DNA of 64,000 nucleotides from Akkermansia muciniphila (GTDB taxonomy: Bacteria; Verrucomicrobiota; Verrucomicrobiia; Limisphaerales; UBA11320). A program made the translations under genes and the position numbers. The notes under the pieces are model-generated. The model saw nothing but the letters and a program-made list of their open reading frames with translations. It did not search any database and was not told the origin of the DNA. The stretch spans positions 3,532 to 67,531 of the forward strand of contig CAMAVD010000004.1 of NCBI GenBank assembly GCA_945861575.1. The letters are read 5' to 3'. This document shows, piece after piece, positions 19,088 to 28,308 of this stretch (the stretch's first letter is position 1; the number at the start of each line of letters is the position of its first letter).

Positions 19088-21907
19088 ATGCGCCCATCAG
19101 CTCTCATCTTGTCCTTTGTCGTTCTACTCTCGTTCCAGTCCTTCGGGGCCGGGAACCTCTCATGGGAACGCCTTCGCGCGCCCGGGTTCTGGGAGAAACA
19201 GTTCGGAGGAGTCCTGGAGGCTCATGATGGCTTCGCGTGGTATCGGTGCTTTGTCCGGGTGCCAGCAGACTGGAAGGGAGAGACGCTCACCCTCGATCTA
19301 GGCCGGATCGATGACTGCGACGAGACGTTCTTCAACGGATCGAAGATCGGCACCAGCGGCTCCATTGAACCGTTCCGCTCGGCTTCTGGCGACGCGCGGC
19401 GCTACACAATCCCCGCTGACCAAGTCCGCGCGGGTGAGTGGAACCTGCTGGCAATCCGGGTCTGGGACGGCGGCGGTGCAGGAGGGATCGCTTCGGGGCC
19501 GTTGAAACTCAGCTGCGCCAAGGGTTCCATGAGCCTCTCAGGGCTATGGGAATTTCAAAAGGGTGACGACGCGGCTCGCGCACAATGGCCCGCGGGTCTG
19601 GACAACGCAGCCCGCTCGCAGCTTGCAGAGGCATTTGCCGCCCAAGCCGGATCGAGATTCGGGAGTTCCATCGATACCAGCCCGCTCGCCGGCACCCAGC
19701 CGTTGACCCTGGGCGGAGATATTGCTTCCGAACTCGTGGCTGGAGTGGATCGGTTTCTGTTGCGTGAAACCGCCCGCTCTCTGGAGCGCCGTCCCGCCTT
19801 CTGGAAACGGGATTTTTCCTCACCGGACGCCTACCTGCGCTCGATCCAAACCAACCGCGATCGGCTCGCATTCATCGTCGGCGCGCGCGACAAGCGTGTG
19901 GCGACACCGTCGATGGAGCTGCTTGCCACGGTGGATCAACCCGCACTGGTCGGCGGGGGACAGGGCTACGAGATCCACTCCGTCCGGTGGCCGGCCTTTG
20001 GTTCAGTGCATGGCGAGGGGCTGCTCCTCACCCCCGTCGGCCGCACCCCCGTGGCAGACGTGATCGCCATCCCCGACGCCGGCCAGACGCCAGAGCAGAT
20101 CTGCGGACTGGTCGAAGGCGTGCCGGCCGAGTCCCAATATGCGCGACGTCTGGCTGAGAGCGGGTGCCGCGTGATCATCCCGACTGTGATTGACCGCAGC
20201 CGCGGGCCCCACCTGGATCGCACCCGCATCAGCGCACGACAGTTCCTCTATCACGCCGCCTTTGAACTCGGCCGCCACCTCATTGGCTATGAGGTGCAAA
20301 AAGTTCTGGCCGCGGTGGACTGGTATGTGCAGACCGGGGCCAAGTCCGGAGATCGGCAACGGATTGGCGTGATCGGATGGGGCGAGGGCGGGTTGCTTGC
20401 CCTCTACGCTGGAGCCCTCGATCCTCGCATCGACGCCGTCGGCGTGAGCGGATACTTCGAGGATCGCAGTCGCCTATGGGAAGAGCCGATTGATCGCAAT
20501 GTCCATGGACTCCTGGAGCAGTTTGGCGACGCCGAACTGGCCAGCCTGATTGCCCCGCGCGCCCTCGTCATCGAGGCTGCGGGTGGCCCGCAGCTCACGA
20601 TGACCTACAGGGACGGGGGCGCGCCAGCCCGGCTTAGGACTCCGGATCTGGGCGTTGTCACGCAGGAAGTGGCCCGCGCCCGCGCCCTCGTGCGGGATCT
20701 CCAGCCCGCCGCCCCCATCGAACTGGTGGTGAGCGGCGATGGTTCCGGGCCCTTCGGAAGCGAACCTGCGTTGACCGCGTTCCTCCGGACGGCAGCCCCG
20801 GGCGCGAGCCTGGCGGGGTCGGGCGCCCGACCCGAACAACGCCGCACCCCGGTGGACGCCCCGGGGCGACAGCTCCGGCAGTTGACCGAAATGGATGCGC
20901 ACACGCAGCGCCTGCTCATGAACAGCCCTGAGGTCAGACGGGAGTTCATGAAGAAGCTGGATACGCGTTCGCTCGACGCCTATACGCGGAGCAGCGAGTG
21001 GTATCGGGAGTACTTCGCGGAGGAAGTCATCGGCCGCTTCGATCACCCGCTGCTGCCTCCGAATGTCCGGACCCGCAAGGCCTACGATGAAGAGAAGTGG
21101 GTGGGCTATGAAGTGGTGTTGGACGTTTTCCAGGACGTGATCGCCTACGGCATCCTGCTTCTGCCGCGCGATCTCAAGCCGGGCGAGAAACGTCCGGTGG
21201 TGGTTTGCCAGCATGGGTTGGAAGGACGTCCGCAGGATATTGTGACCGGGGACAATCAGTTCTACCACGACTTTGCGGCCCGGCTCGCCGACCGCGGGTT
21301 CATCACCTTTGCGCCACAAAATCTCTACATCTTCGAAGACCGCTTCCGCACCCTCCAGCGGAAGAGCAATCCGCTCAAGAAAACGCTGTTCTCGACCATC
21401 GTTCCGCAGCACCAGCAGATCGTGAACTGGCTCAAGACCCTGCCGGGGGTGGACGCCCAGCGCATCGCCTTTTACGGCCTGAGTTACGGGGGCAAGTCGG
21501 CCATGAGGATTCCTCCGTTGGTGCCGGACTATGTGCTCTCCATCTGTTCAGCGGATTTCAACGAGTGGGTCGGTAAGAACGCCGCCACAGCGGGGACCGC
21601 CGGCCGCTATAGCTATGTCTGGGGTGGGGAGTATGAGATTTTTGAGTTCGATCTCGGCAGCACCTTCAACTACGCCGAGATGGCGGCCCTCATCGCCCCA
21701 CGGCCGTTCATGGTCGAGCGCGGCCATTTCGACGGTGTGGCACCCGATGAAACCGTGGCCTGGGAATTTGCCAAAGTGAACTTTCTTTATGCCGCCAAGC
21801 TTGGTATTGGCGATCGCTGTGAGATGGAAACGTTCGTGGGACCGCACACCATCAACGGCCAGGGAACCTACGAGTTCCTGCACAAACACCTCCGCTGGCC
21901 AAAGTGA
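19088..21907 (+). CDS. Secreted protein: GH2-type sugar-binding domain + tandem alpha/beta hydrolase (dienelactone-hydrolase-like) domains
   Basis: DGFAWYR...LDLGRIDDCDETFFNG jelly-roll; RIGVIGWGEGG and RIAFYGLSYGG hydrolase elbows; LIAPR repeated. Confidence 0.8.
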   Translation: MRPSALILSFVVLLSFQSFGAGNLSWERLRAPGFWEKQFGGVLEAHDGFAWYRCFVRVPADWKGETLTLDLGRIDDCDETFFNGSKIGTSGSIEPFRSASGDARRYTIPADQVRAGEWNLLAIRVWDGGGAGGIASGPLKLSCAKGSMSLSGLWEFQKGDDAARAQWPAGLDNAARSQLAEAFAAQAGSRFGSSIDTSPLAGTQPLTLGGDIASELVAGVDRFLLRETARSLERRPAFWKRDFSSPDAYLRSIQTNRDRLAFIVGARDKRVATPSMELLATVDQPALVGGGQGYEIHSVRWPAFGSVHGEGLLLTPVGRTPVADVIAIPDAGQTPEQICGLVEGVPAESQYARRLAESGCRVIIPTVIDRSRGPHLDRTRISARQFLYHAAFELGRHLIGYEVQKVLAAVDWYVQTGAKSGDRQRIGVIGWGEGGLLALYAGALDPRIDAVGVSGYFEDRSRLWEEPIDRNVHGLLEQFGDAELASLIAPRALVIEAAGGPQLTMTYRDGGAPARLRTPDLGVVTQEVARARALVRDLQPAAPIELVVSGDGSGPFGSEPALTAFLRTAAPGASLAGSGARPEQRRTPVDAPGRQLRQLTEMDAHTQRLLMNSPEVRREFMKKLDTRSLDAYTRSSEWYREYFAEEVIGRFDHPLLPPNVRTRKAYDEEKWVGYEVVLDVFQDVIAYGILLLPRDLKPGEKRPVVVCQHGLEGRPQDIVTGDNQFYHDFAARLADRGFITFAPQNLYIFEDRFRTLQRKSNPLKKTLFSTIVPQHQQIVNWLKTLPGVDAQRIAFYGLSYGGKSAMRIPPLVPDYVLSICSADFNEWVGKNAATAGTAGRYSYVWGGEYEIFEFDLGSTFNYAEMAALIAPRPFMVERGHFDGVAPDETVAWEFAKVNFLYAAKLGIGDRCEMETFVGPHTINGQGTYEFLHKHLRWPK

Positions 21908-22573
21908 ACAACCATAAACTTAAGAGCGCATTCGTCGGAATGACACCGGGGGCATCCACCCGCGCGGTGGCTGCCGCCGCGTTGCTGGCTTGGGTCACGC
22001 TCACCGCTGCCGCTGCGACTCCTCGGGCAAAACAGATGCCGGTGGATTTCAACCGCGAGATCCGCCCCATCCTCTCCGACCACTGCTTCCCCTGCCATGG
22101 ACCGGATGAAAAGCAACGCAAGGCCGGCCTGCGATTGGACCTCAAGGAAGCGGTCTTTGCGACCAAGGATGGCGTCACTCTCGTCGTGCCGGGACGGAGC
22201 GAGGCGAGCGCGCTGATTCAGCGAGTGACCCATTCTGACCCCTGACCCGGGCGAGATCATGCCCCCGCCGAAAGCGGGCAAGAAGCTCACACCCACACAA
22301 CTCGGAAAGCTTCGGCAATGGATTAATGAAGGTGCAGCCTGGAGCGGGCACTGGGCTTTTCAGCCACCCACTCGTCCCGCCACGCCCGCGGTACGCAGGA
22401 AGGGCTGGGTGCAAAATTCCATCGATGCATTTGTGTTGGCGCGGCTGGAACAAGACAAGTTGTTGCCGCAGGTGGAGGCGGATCCATGCCGACTCTGCCA
22501 AGGACCACTCGAAAGCAAGGAGGCCAAGGCACCAGTGAATGTGCAGAAGGTGGAAGCCGTATCAAGACACTGA
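21904..22573 (+). pseudogene. Frameshifted, truncated cytochrome c/DUF1549 gene remnant
   Basis: VDFNREIRPILSDHCFPCHG then MPPP...WINEGA..HWAF...IDAFVLARL in another frame; 7-bp duplication CTGACCC at 22235-22248; homology stops after EADP. Confidence 0.85.
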
Positions 22574-22690
22574 TACTCCGTCAACGGACGCATTTATCGT
22601 TGACCCAGGCTTGGCTCCGTCTTCATCTTCGGCGGTGTTAAAACCAATCACTGAACACTCTGCCACTTCTCACCCCGGCGAACAGCTCTT

Positions 22691-23059
22691 ATGGTAAAAC
22701 TCATCGCCCTCTTGAAACGCAAAACTGGCATGTCACGTGAGGAATTTAAGCGGCGCTGGTTGATTGATCACACCAAGCTCTCCTCACAGCTGCCCGATTG
22801 CCGAGAATACCGCATCAACATTTCGCTCGATCATCAGCCGGACGGGGACGGCGTCGAGCCGCTCTACGATGGCACGGCCGAATTGTGGTGGGACAGCGTC
22901 GCTACGATGGAGCGTTGCTTTTCCACGGAGATCGCCGGTATCGCCGGTCGGGATGCCGATGCTTTTTGTGACATCCGTATCCACATCTTCACGGAGGAAT
23001 TCAGCGTCATCCACGGGGGTAAGGCGGTGCAACCCCCGCAACTCCGAACCACTCCATGA
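22691..23059 (+). CDS. EthD family (dimeric alpha-beta barrel) protein
   Basis: MVKLIALLKRKTGMSREEF...H...YDGTAELWWDS. Confidence 0.85.
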   Translation: MVKLIALLKRKTGMSREEFKRRWLIDHTKLSSQLPDCREYRINISLDHQPDGDGVEPLYDGTAELWWDSVATMERCFSTEIAGIAGRDADAFCDIRIHIFTEEFSVIHGGKAVQPPQLRTTP

Positions 23060-23997
23060 ACTCAGATCCGCGCGTGTGCGTGGTCGGGAGCTCCATGCAC
23101 GATCAGATCACGAGAGCGGCTCGGCTGCCGAATCCTGGAGAGACTCTCGTGGGGAGCAGCTACGTCACTGGCTTTGGCGGCAAGGGCTCCAACCAGGCGG
23201 TCATGGCCGCGCGTCTGGGCGCGAGCGTGACGATGGTGGTCAAGCTCGGCAACGATGCTATTGGAAAGGAGACGGCCCGGCACTACGCCGAAGAACAGAT
23301 CCAAACGGATTTTGTGTTCTTCGACGACCGGCTGTCCTCCGGCGTCGCGCCGATCTGGGTGGACGAGAAGACCGGACAGAACAGCATCCTCGTCGTGCCC
23401 GGCGCGAACCGGGCGCTGACTCCGCAGGAAGTGCGGCGGGCCACCGACTCCCTACAGTCCGCCCAGGTCGTGGTCTGCCAGATGGAGATTTCCATGGAGT
23501 GCAACCTCGAGGCATTCCGGATTGCGAAGGAGGCTCCATCGGTGCTGACCATTTTGAACCCGGCACCCAGCACGCCGGTGTCCGATGAAATGCTGCGCCT
23601 GACCGATCTGCTGGCACCCAACGAAAGCGAAGCTGCGGCGCTGAGCGGATTGCCCGTTTCAAATCTCGCTGAGGCAGAGCGAGCAGCCCGTGCGTTGCAG
23701 GCACGTGGTGCTCGCACAGTCCTGATCACGCTCGGCGCGAATGGCGCCTTGGCCGTGACTCAGGATGGCGAAGTGATTCATGTCGCGGCGCCGGCGGTGA
23801 AAGCGGTGGATACCACCGGTGCGGGGGACTGTTTCATCGGCAGCCTCGCGTATTTCATGGCGGTGGGTTTCGGTTTGAGATCTGCCATGGAGAAGGCCTG
23901 CGTCATCGCCAGTCGCAGCGTCACTGCGATGGGCACGCAATCATCGTTTCCCGGTAGAGATGCACTGGATCCGTCGCTGTTTGCCGTCCCTGGTTAG
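23056..23997 (+). CDS. rbsK: Ribokinase (PfkB family)
   Basis: PGETL, GGKGSNQAV, NPAP, PNESEA, DTTGAGDCF; ATGA overlap with EthD; exact pentose substrate uncertain. Confidence 0.85.
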   Translation: MNSDPRVCVVGSSMHDQITRAARLPNPGETLVGSSYVTGFGGKGSNQAVMAARLGASVTMVVKLGNDAIGKETARHYAEEQIQTDFVFFDDRLSSGVAPIWVDEKTGQNSILVVPGANRALTPQEVRRATDSLQSAQVVVCQMEISMECNLEAFRIAKEAPSVLTILNPAPSTPVSDEMLRLTDLLAPNESEAAALSGLPVSNLAEAERAARALQARGARTVLITLGANGALAVTQDGEVIHVAAPAVKAVDTTGAGDCFIGSLAYFMAVGFGLRSAMEKACVIASRSVTAMGTQSSFPGRDALDPSLFAVPG

Positions 23998-24050
23998 CGC
24001 ACCCTGCCCATCTGAGTGTTCACATCCACGCCTGAACCGCCCATACTCTC

Positions 24051-24587
24051 ATGAACTCGAACCACTTTGCCCCGTCGATCCGGCTCCTGTTTGTTTGGAC
24101 ACTGATCGCCGCCTTCCTGCCCGTGTCGGTTCCAGCACTCACGCTGGAACTGCAACGCCGCGATCCTGCTACGGGTGCGATCAAGATTCAGAAGGAGGAG
24201 GCCGATCCGAAGCGCGTCGGCGTCATCGCCGTGGATGTCTGGAACTTTCATTGGTGCAAGACAGCGACGATGCGCGTGGATGCCTTCGTGCCGAGGATGA
24301 ACAAGGCGCTCGAGGCTGCTCGTGCGCTCGGCATGACGGTCATGCTGTGTCCGAGCGACGTGGTGGAAAACTACGCAGGCTACCCGCAACGCGAAGCCAT
24401 CTTCGCTCTTCCGAGAGTCACGGTGCCCAAGGTCATGGAGGTGACCTGTCCACCGGTGCCGGACGCTGGCTGCTACGACCGCGCACCCGGCGCCACAGAA
24501 CGCTCCCACCAATTTCCCCCCAGCAGGCCAGGTGAAGGGCGCCCATTCGTATCGAGACGCTGCCTTCGGATGGCTGCGTGCTCGTGA
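24051..24587 (+). pseudogene. Truncated secreted isochorismatase-like protein (N-terminal part only)
   Basis: Signal peptide, VIAVDVWNFHWCKTA...PRMNKALEAARALG; after PDAG (~24470) the frame no longer looks protein-like. Confidence 0.6.
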
Positions 24588-24859
24588 TTCGCGAAGCGTC
24601 TTGTGGAGAGCGGTAGCCCTCTACCGCCTTCCCCTCCCGGCCAATGGGGCACCCTTGCTGGGACGTGTTGATGAACTGGCCATCTACAGGACGATCGAAT
24701 CATCGTGCTGCGCGGTTTGGACAACCAGAACGTGACCCTGGCTCGAGCCGATCTGGACGATCTCCGGGTTTCCGGAATGTCCTTGATGCCGGAAGGATTG
24801 CTGGCTGCTTTCCCTGACGACCAAGTCGGGGCGGGTGATTTGGTTGGCGATGCAGCTCG

Positions 24860-25460
24860 CTAAAGCTCTCGGCAGTAGACGGCGCCAAAGGAGGCGTCCT
24901 CGGCCAGCATCGCCGGCGTGGTCATGTCATCGAACCAGACCGAAATCTTGCTTCCGATGCGCTGGACCCGAACACGATGCCATTGGTTCTGGCCCCAGTG
25001 GCTGCCCGCGGTGGTCTGGGTCGAGATTTTGGTGAAGGGCTTCTCATTGACGATGAAAATCTGGTTCGCCTCCGGGTCGGTCTTGCTGGCGAGATGGACG
25101 TGAGTCGCGATGCGAATACCCATCCCTTCCGCCAGGGACGTCATCTTGATCGTTTCGAGTATACCGCAATTCCAGGCCACTTCGGGCTGGATAAAACTCA
25201 ACACGCCGCTCGCCACTGCGCTGGCCGCTTGCTCGATTGTCTCGAAATGTTCTCCCGTCGAAATCGGAATGGACGTGGAAGCCGCCACCGCTTTCAGATC
25301 ATCCATTGTCCAGCAGCATTCTTTTCGTCTCCGCCACTTCTTGTCAAACTGCGAACACCTCGCGAGACACTCCACCCAGTCAGTCGGTGGCGCTTTGGGT
25401 GACCTGAGAAGGACCGGGAACTGATCCAGCTCATCCGGCGGAAGTGTGGAGTGCCAATCC
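24860..25460 (-). pseudogene. Chimeric remnant: enolase-superfamily (mandelate racemase/dehydratase) fragment joined to a beta-sandwich domain fragment
   Basis: IPISTGE...FIQPEV...GILETIKM..LAE..GIRIATH followed in frame by VHLASKTDP...WHRVRVQR..ISVWFDD; no intact N-terminus. Confidence 0.65.
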
Positions 25461-25488
25461 GACTTGGGGCTGGCCCGCGCGGGACCCC

Positions 25489-26880
25489 TCAGGGGGCTTC
25501 GGTGCCCACTTGAGATTTGATGCTGTCCGCGATTCGTTTGGACCAGGCGTCCAGCACAGTGGAGTCGCGTCCTTCGATCAGCAGCCGCGCCTTGGGTTCG
25601 GTGCCTGAATAGCGGAGCAACACACGTCCGCCCTCTGGCTTCACCGCAGCTTCCGCTTGGGCTACCAGTTCCAGAACGCCGCTGATTTGTTCGAAAGGCT
25701 TCTTTTCTCGCACACGGATGTTGGTGACGCGCTGAGGGTAACGGCTCCAGCAGGCTGCGAGCTTGGACAATGGAACCTGATTGGCCTTCATAATACGAAG
25801 GATCTGCAGGGCGGCGATCAAACCGTCTCCCGTTGTGCTGTGCTCACCAAAGATCAGGTGCCCACTCTGCTCACCGCCTAAATTGAAGCCGTTCTTCAGC
25901 ATCTCATCGATGACGTTTTTATCCCCGACAGCTGTGCGCACGACACGAGCGCCCACCTTGTGCAGAGTGGCGTCGAGGCCGGCGTTGCTCATAATGGTAG
26001 CGACGAGGGTCTTGCGCGCGAGTGCCCCCTCCGAGAGGAGGTCGAGAGCCGCGATGGCCATGATGTCGTCCCCATCGATCAGGTTGCCTTTCTCATCGCA
26101 GAGCAGGACGCGGTCGGCGTCGCCGTCGTGTGCGATTCCGATATCAGCCCGCAGCTCGCGAACCTTTTGGCACATGGTCTCCGGGTGCATGGAGCCGCAC
26201 TCCTTGTTGATGTTCGTGCCATCGGGTTGGTTCCCGATCACAAACACTTCGGCACCCAGCTCCCGCAGCACGCAGGGGGAGGACTTGTAGGAGGCGCCAT
26301 TGCCGCAATCCAAGACCACACGAAGCCCCTCGAGGGTGAGGCCTCGCGGGATGGAGGATTTGGCAAACTCGATGTAACGGCCCAGGGCATCGTCGATACG
26401 AACCGCTTTGCCAATGGACTCCGCCGTGGGGCGAATCGCTTCAATGGCACCGCTGAAAACGAGTTGTTCGATCTCGGCTTCGATAGCGTCGGCCAGCTTG
26501 TAGCCGTCGGGCCCAAAAAACTTGATACCGTTGTCATCGTAAGGATTGTGTGAGGCCGTGATGACAATCCCTGCATCCGCCCGGAGGCTGCGCGTTACAT
26601 AGGCGACGCCCGGCGTGGGTAGAGGTCCGATGAACAGCACGTCGACCCCCATGGACAGGATGCCAGAGGAGATGGCGTTCTCGAGCATGTAGCCCGAGAG
26701 GCGGGTGTCCTTGCCGATCACGATCTTGTGTCGGGCATTGCCCCGCGCCTGGGATTCGAGCTTCTTAAAAACATGGCCTGCGGCCCGACCCAGTTTGAGG
26801 GCGGTCTCGGCAGTCACCGGCTCGACGTTTGCAGTGCCTCGGACGCCATCAGTTCCGAAGATCTTAGGATTACTTTTCAT
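25489..26880 (-). CDS. glmM: Phosphoglucosamine mutase
   Basis: FGTDGVRG, GKDTRLSGYM, ITASHNP (phospho-Ser), DGDADR, GGEQSGH, RYSGTEP. Confidence 0.97.
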   Translation of the reverse strand: MKSNPKIFGTDGVRGTANVEPVTAETALKLGRAAGHVFKKLESQARGNARHKIVIGKDTRLSGYMLENAISSGILSMGVDVLFIGPLPTPGVAYVTRSLRADAGIVITASHNPYDDNGIKFFGPDGYKLADAIEAEIEQLVFSGAIEAIRPTAESIGKAVRIDDALGRYIEFAKSSIPRGLTLEGLRVVLDCGNGASYKSSPCVLRELGAEVFVIGNQPDGTNINKECGSMHPETMCQKVRELRADIGIAHDGDADRVLLCDEKGNLIDGDDIMAIAALDLLSEGALARKTLVATIMSNAGLDATLHKVGARVVRTAVGDKNVIDEMLKNGFNLGGEQSGHLIFGEHSTTGDGLIAALQILRIMKANQVPLSKLAACWSRYPQRVTNIRVREKKPFEQISGVLELVAQAEAAVKPEGGRVLLRYSGTEPKARLLIEGRDSTVLDAWSKRIADSIKSQVGTEAP

Positions 26881-26953
26881 GAGCTGGACGGGTTCGACAA
26901 GACGCATGGTTACAAATCAAAGGGTTCTGGGTCACACGGACGTATACACCGCA

Positions 26954-27400
26954 CTAACGACTCTCCTTCTGGGCTGGATCTGCTTTGATCCGGACCGATT
27001 GAGGCAAGAGGTTCACCACCTGCAGATGTGGGCTAGGAGTGAGGGCCTGAACGGGATAGAGACCTCCCAGCTCTGGGGGGCCGCCCGTCTCTACAAATGC
27101 TTTCAGGTCCTTTAGTTCCATCCCATTCATGCGGGCTGGCTCGCCTTCGACCGTCACAACCACTTTGCGCGGTAGCGCCTGGAACCCTGGGAAATTCGTG
27201 CCGTCCCATCGAACCTCGACAGTGACTTCGAACCGCCGGGGGATCCGTGCGTGCCTGAGATACTCATCGGCTGTTTCCTCGTTCTGGTAAACCTGCCGAG
27301 TCTCCTTTTCAAGGTTCGCCTGTACCGTGAGCCAGATCAGCGTCGCCAGAACCGCCGAGGTCAGCTTGAGCCAGAAGTTTTTGAGGAACCAGTCGCGCAT
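26954..27400 (-). CDS. cdaR: CdaR/YbbR-like regulator (single domain)
   Basis: NFWLKLTSAVLATLIW N-terminal TM anchor, P..VVVTVEG; located between cdaA and glmM. Confidence 0.75.
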   Translation of the reverse strand: MRDWFLKNFWLKLTSAVLATLIWLTVQANLEKETRQVYQNEETADEYLRHARIPRRFEVTVEVRWDGTNFPGFQALPRKVVVTVEGEPARMNGMELKDLKAFVETGGPPELGGLYPVQALTPSPHLQVVNLLPQSVRIKADPAQKESR

Positions 27401-27411
27401 GTGAAGCGTTG

Positions 27412-28308
27412 TCAACGAGCCGCTGGGGGGGGCGGAAGTTGCGGCCGGGCTGCTGCCACGGTGGGGGCGGCCATGGGGGTCGACGCTGAAGGGGGCGTGT
27501 TACGAGGCTTCAAAACACCTGCCATCCGCGACCACCAGGTAGTCGGGGTTTGAGGTCCAAGCTTGATCAATGCCGAGGTCAGGGCGGCCCGGAGAGACTC
27601 AAGGGTGAGTCCGCGCACCAAATGTCCGTGATGGGCGTAGGAAATCATCCCGGTTTCCTCCGAGACCACGACGATGAGTGCATCCGACTCCTCGCTGAGT
27701 CCGATGGCGGCGCGATGCCGTGTGCCGAGCGACTTGCTCAGATCTTGGCGTTGGGTTAGGGGGAAGATGCAGGCCGCATGGGTGATGCGGTCGCCCTTCA
27801 TGACCACCCCCCCATCGTGGATGGCGTTGTTCGGAAAAAAAATCGTTTCGAACATCTCTGGCGTTGCAATGGTGTCGATGGGAACGCTGGACTCAACGAG
27901 GTCGATCAGCTGGACGTTCTGTTCGATGGCAATGAGGACACCAATCTTTACTTCCGCGAGGCGCTCCACCGTCTGGATGATGACCTCGATATTCTCCCGC
28001 TGATCCTGAACCGGGTTAAAGACATGGAGGCTTCCCACCTGGGCGAGCATCCTCCGGATCTCGGGTTGGAAGAGCACAATCACAGCGAAGGCGATGATGG
28101 TGGTGAAAGTGCCCAGTAGCCACTTCAGCACCTCCAGTTTCAGGAAGGTTGCGGCTGCCAGGAGCGTCAGTGCCACCACGAGAAAGCCTGTGAAGACGGC
28201 GGCGCCGCGGGTGCCTCGGACGAAGTTCAGTACATAGTAAATGCCCACAGTGAGAATCCCGATCTCAACCGCAGGCTTCACAATGTCTCTGAAGAAATGC
28301 CAGCTCAT
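27412..28308 (-). CDS. cdaA: Diadenylate cyclase
   Basis: Three N-terminal TM helices, FQPEIRR, HDGG and GTRHRAA DAC motifs, VVSEETG. Confidence 0.95.
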   Translation of the reverse strand: MSWHFFRDIVKPAVEIGILTVGIYYVLNFVRGTRGAAVFTGFLVVALTLLAAATFLKLEVLKWLLGTFTTIIAFAVIVLFQPEIRRMLAQVGSLHVFNPVQDQRENIEVIIQTVERLAEVKIGVLIAIEQNVQLIDLVESSVPIDTIATPEMFETIFFPNNAIHDGGVVMKGDRITHAACIFPLTQRQDLSKSLGTRHRAAIGLSEESDALIVVVSEETGMISYAHHGHLVRGLTLESLRAALTSALIKLGPQTPTTWWSRMAGVLKPRNTPPSASTPMAAPTVAAARPQLPPPPAAR

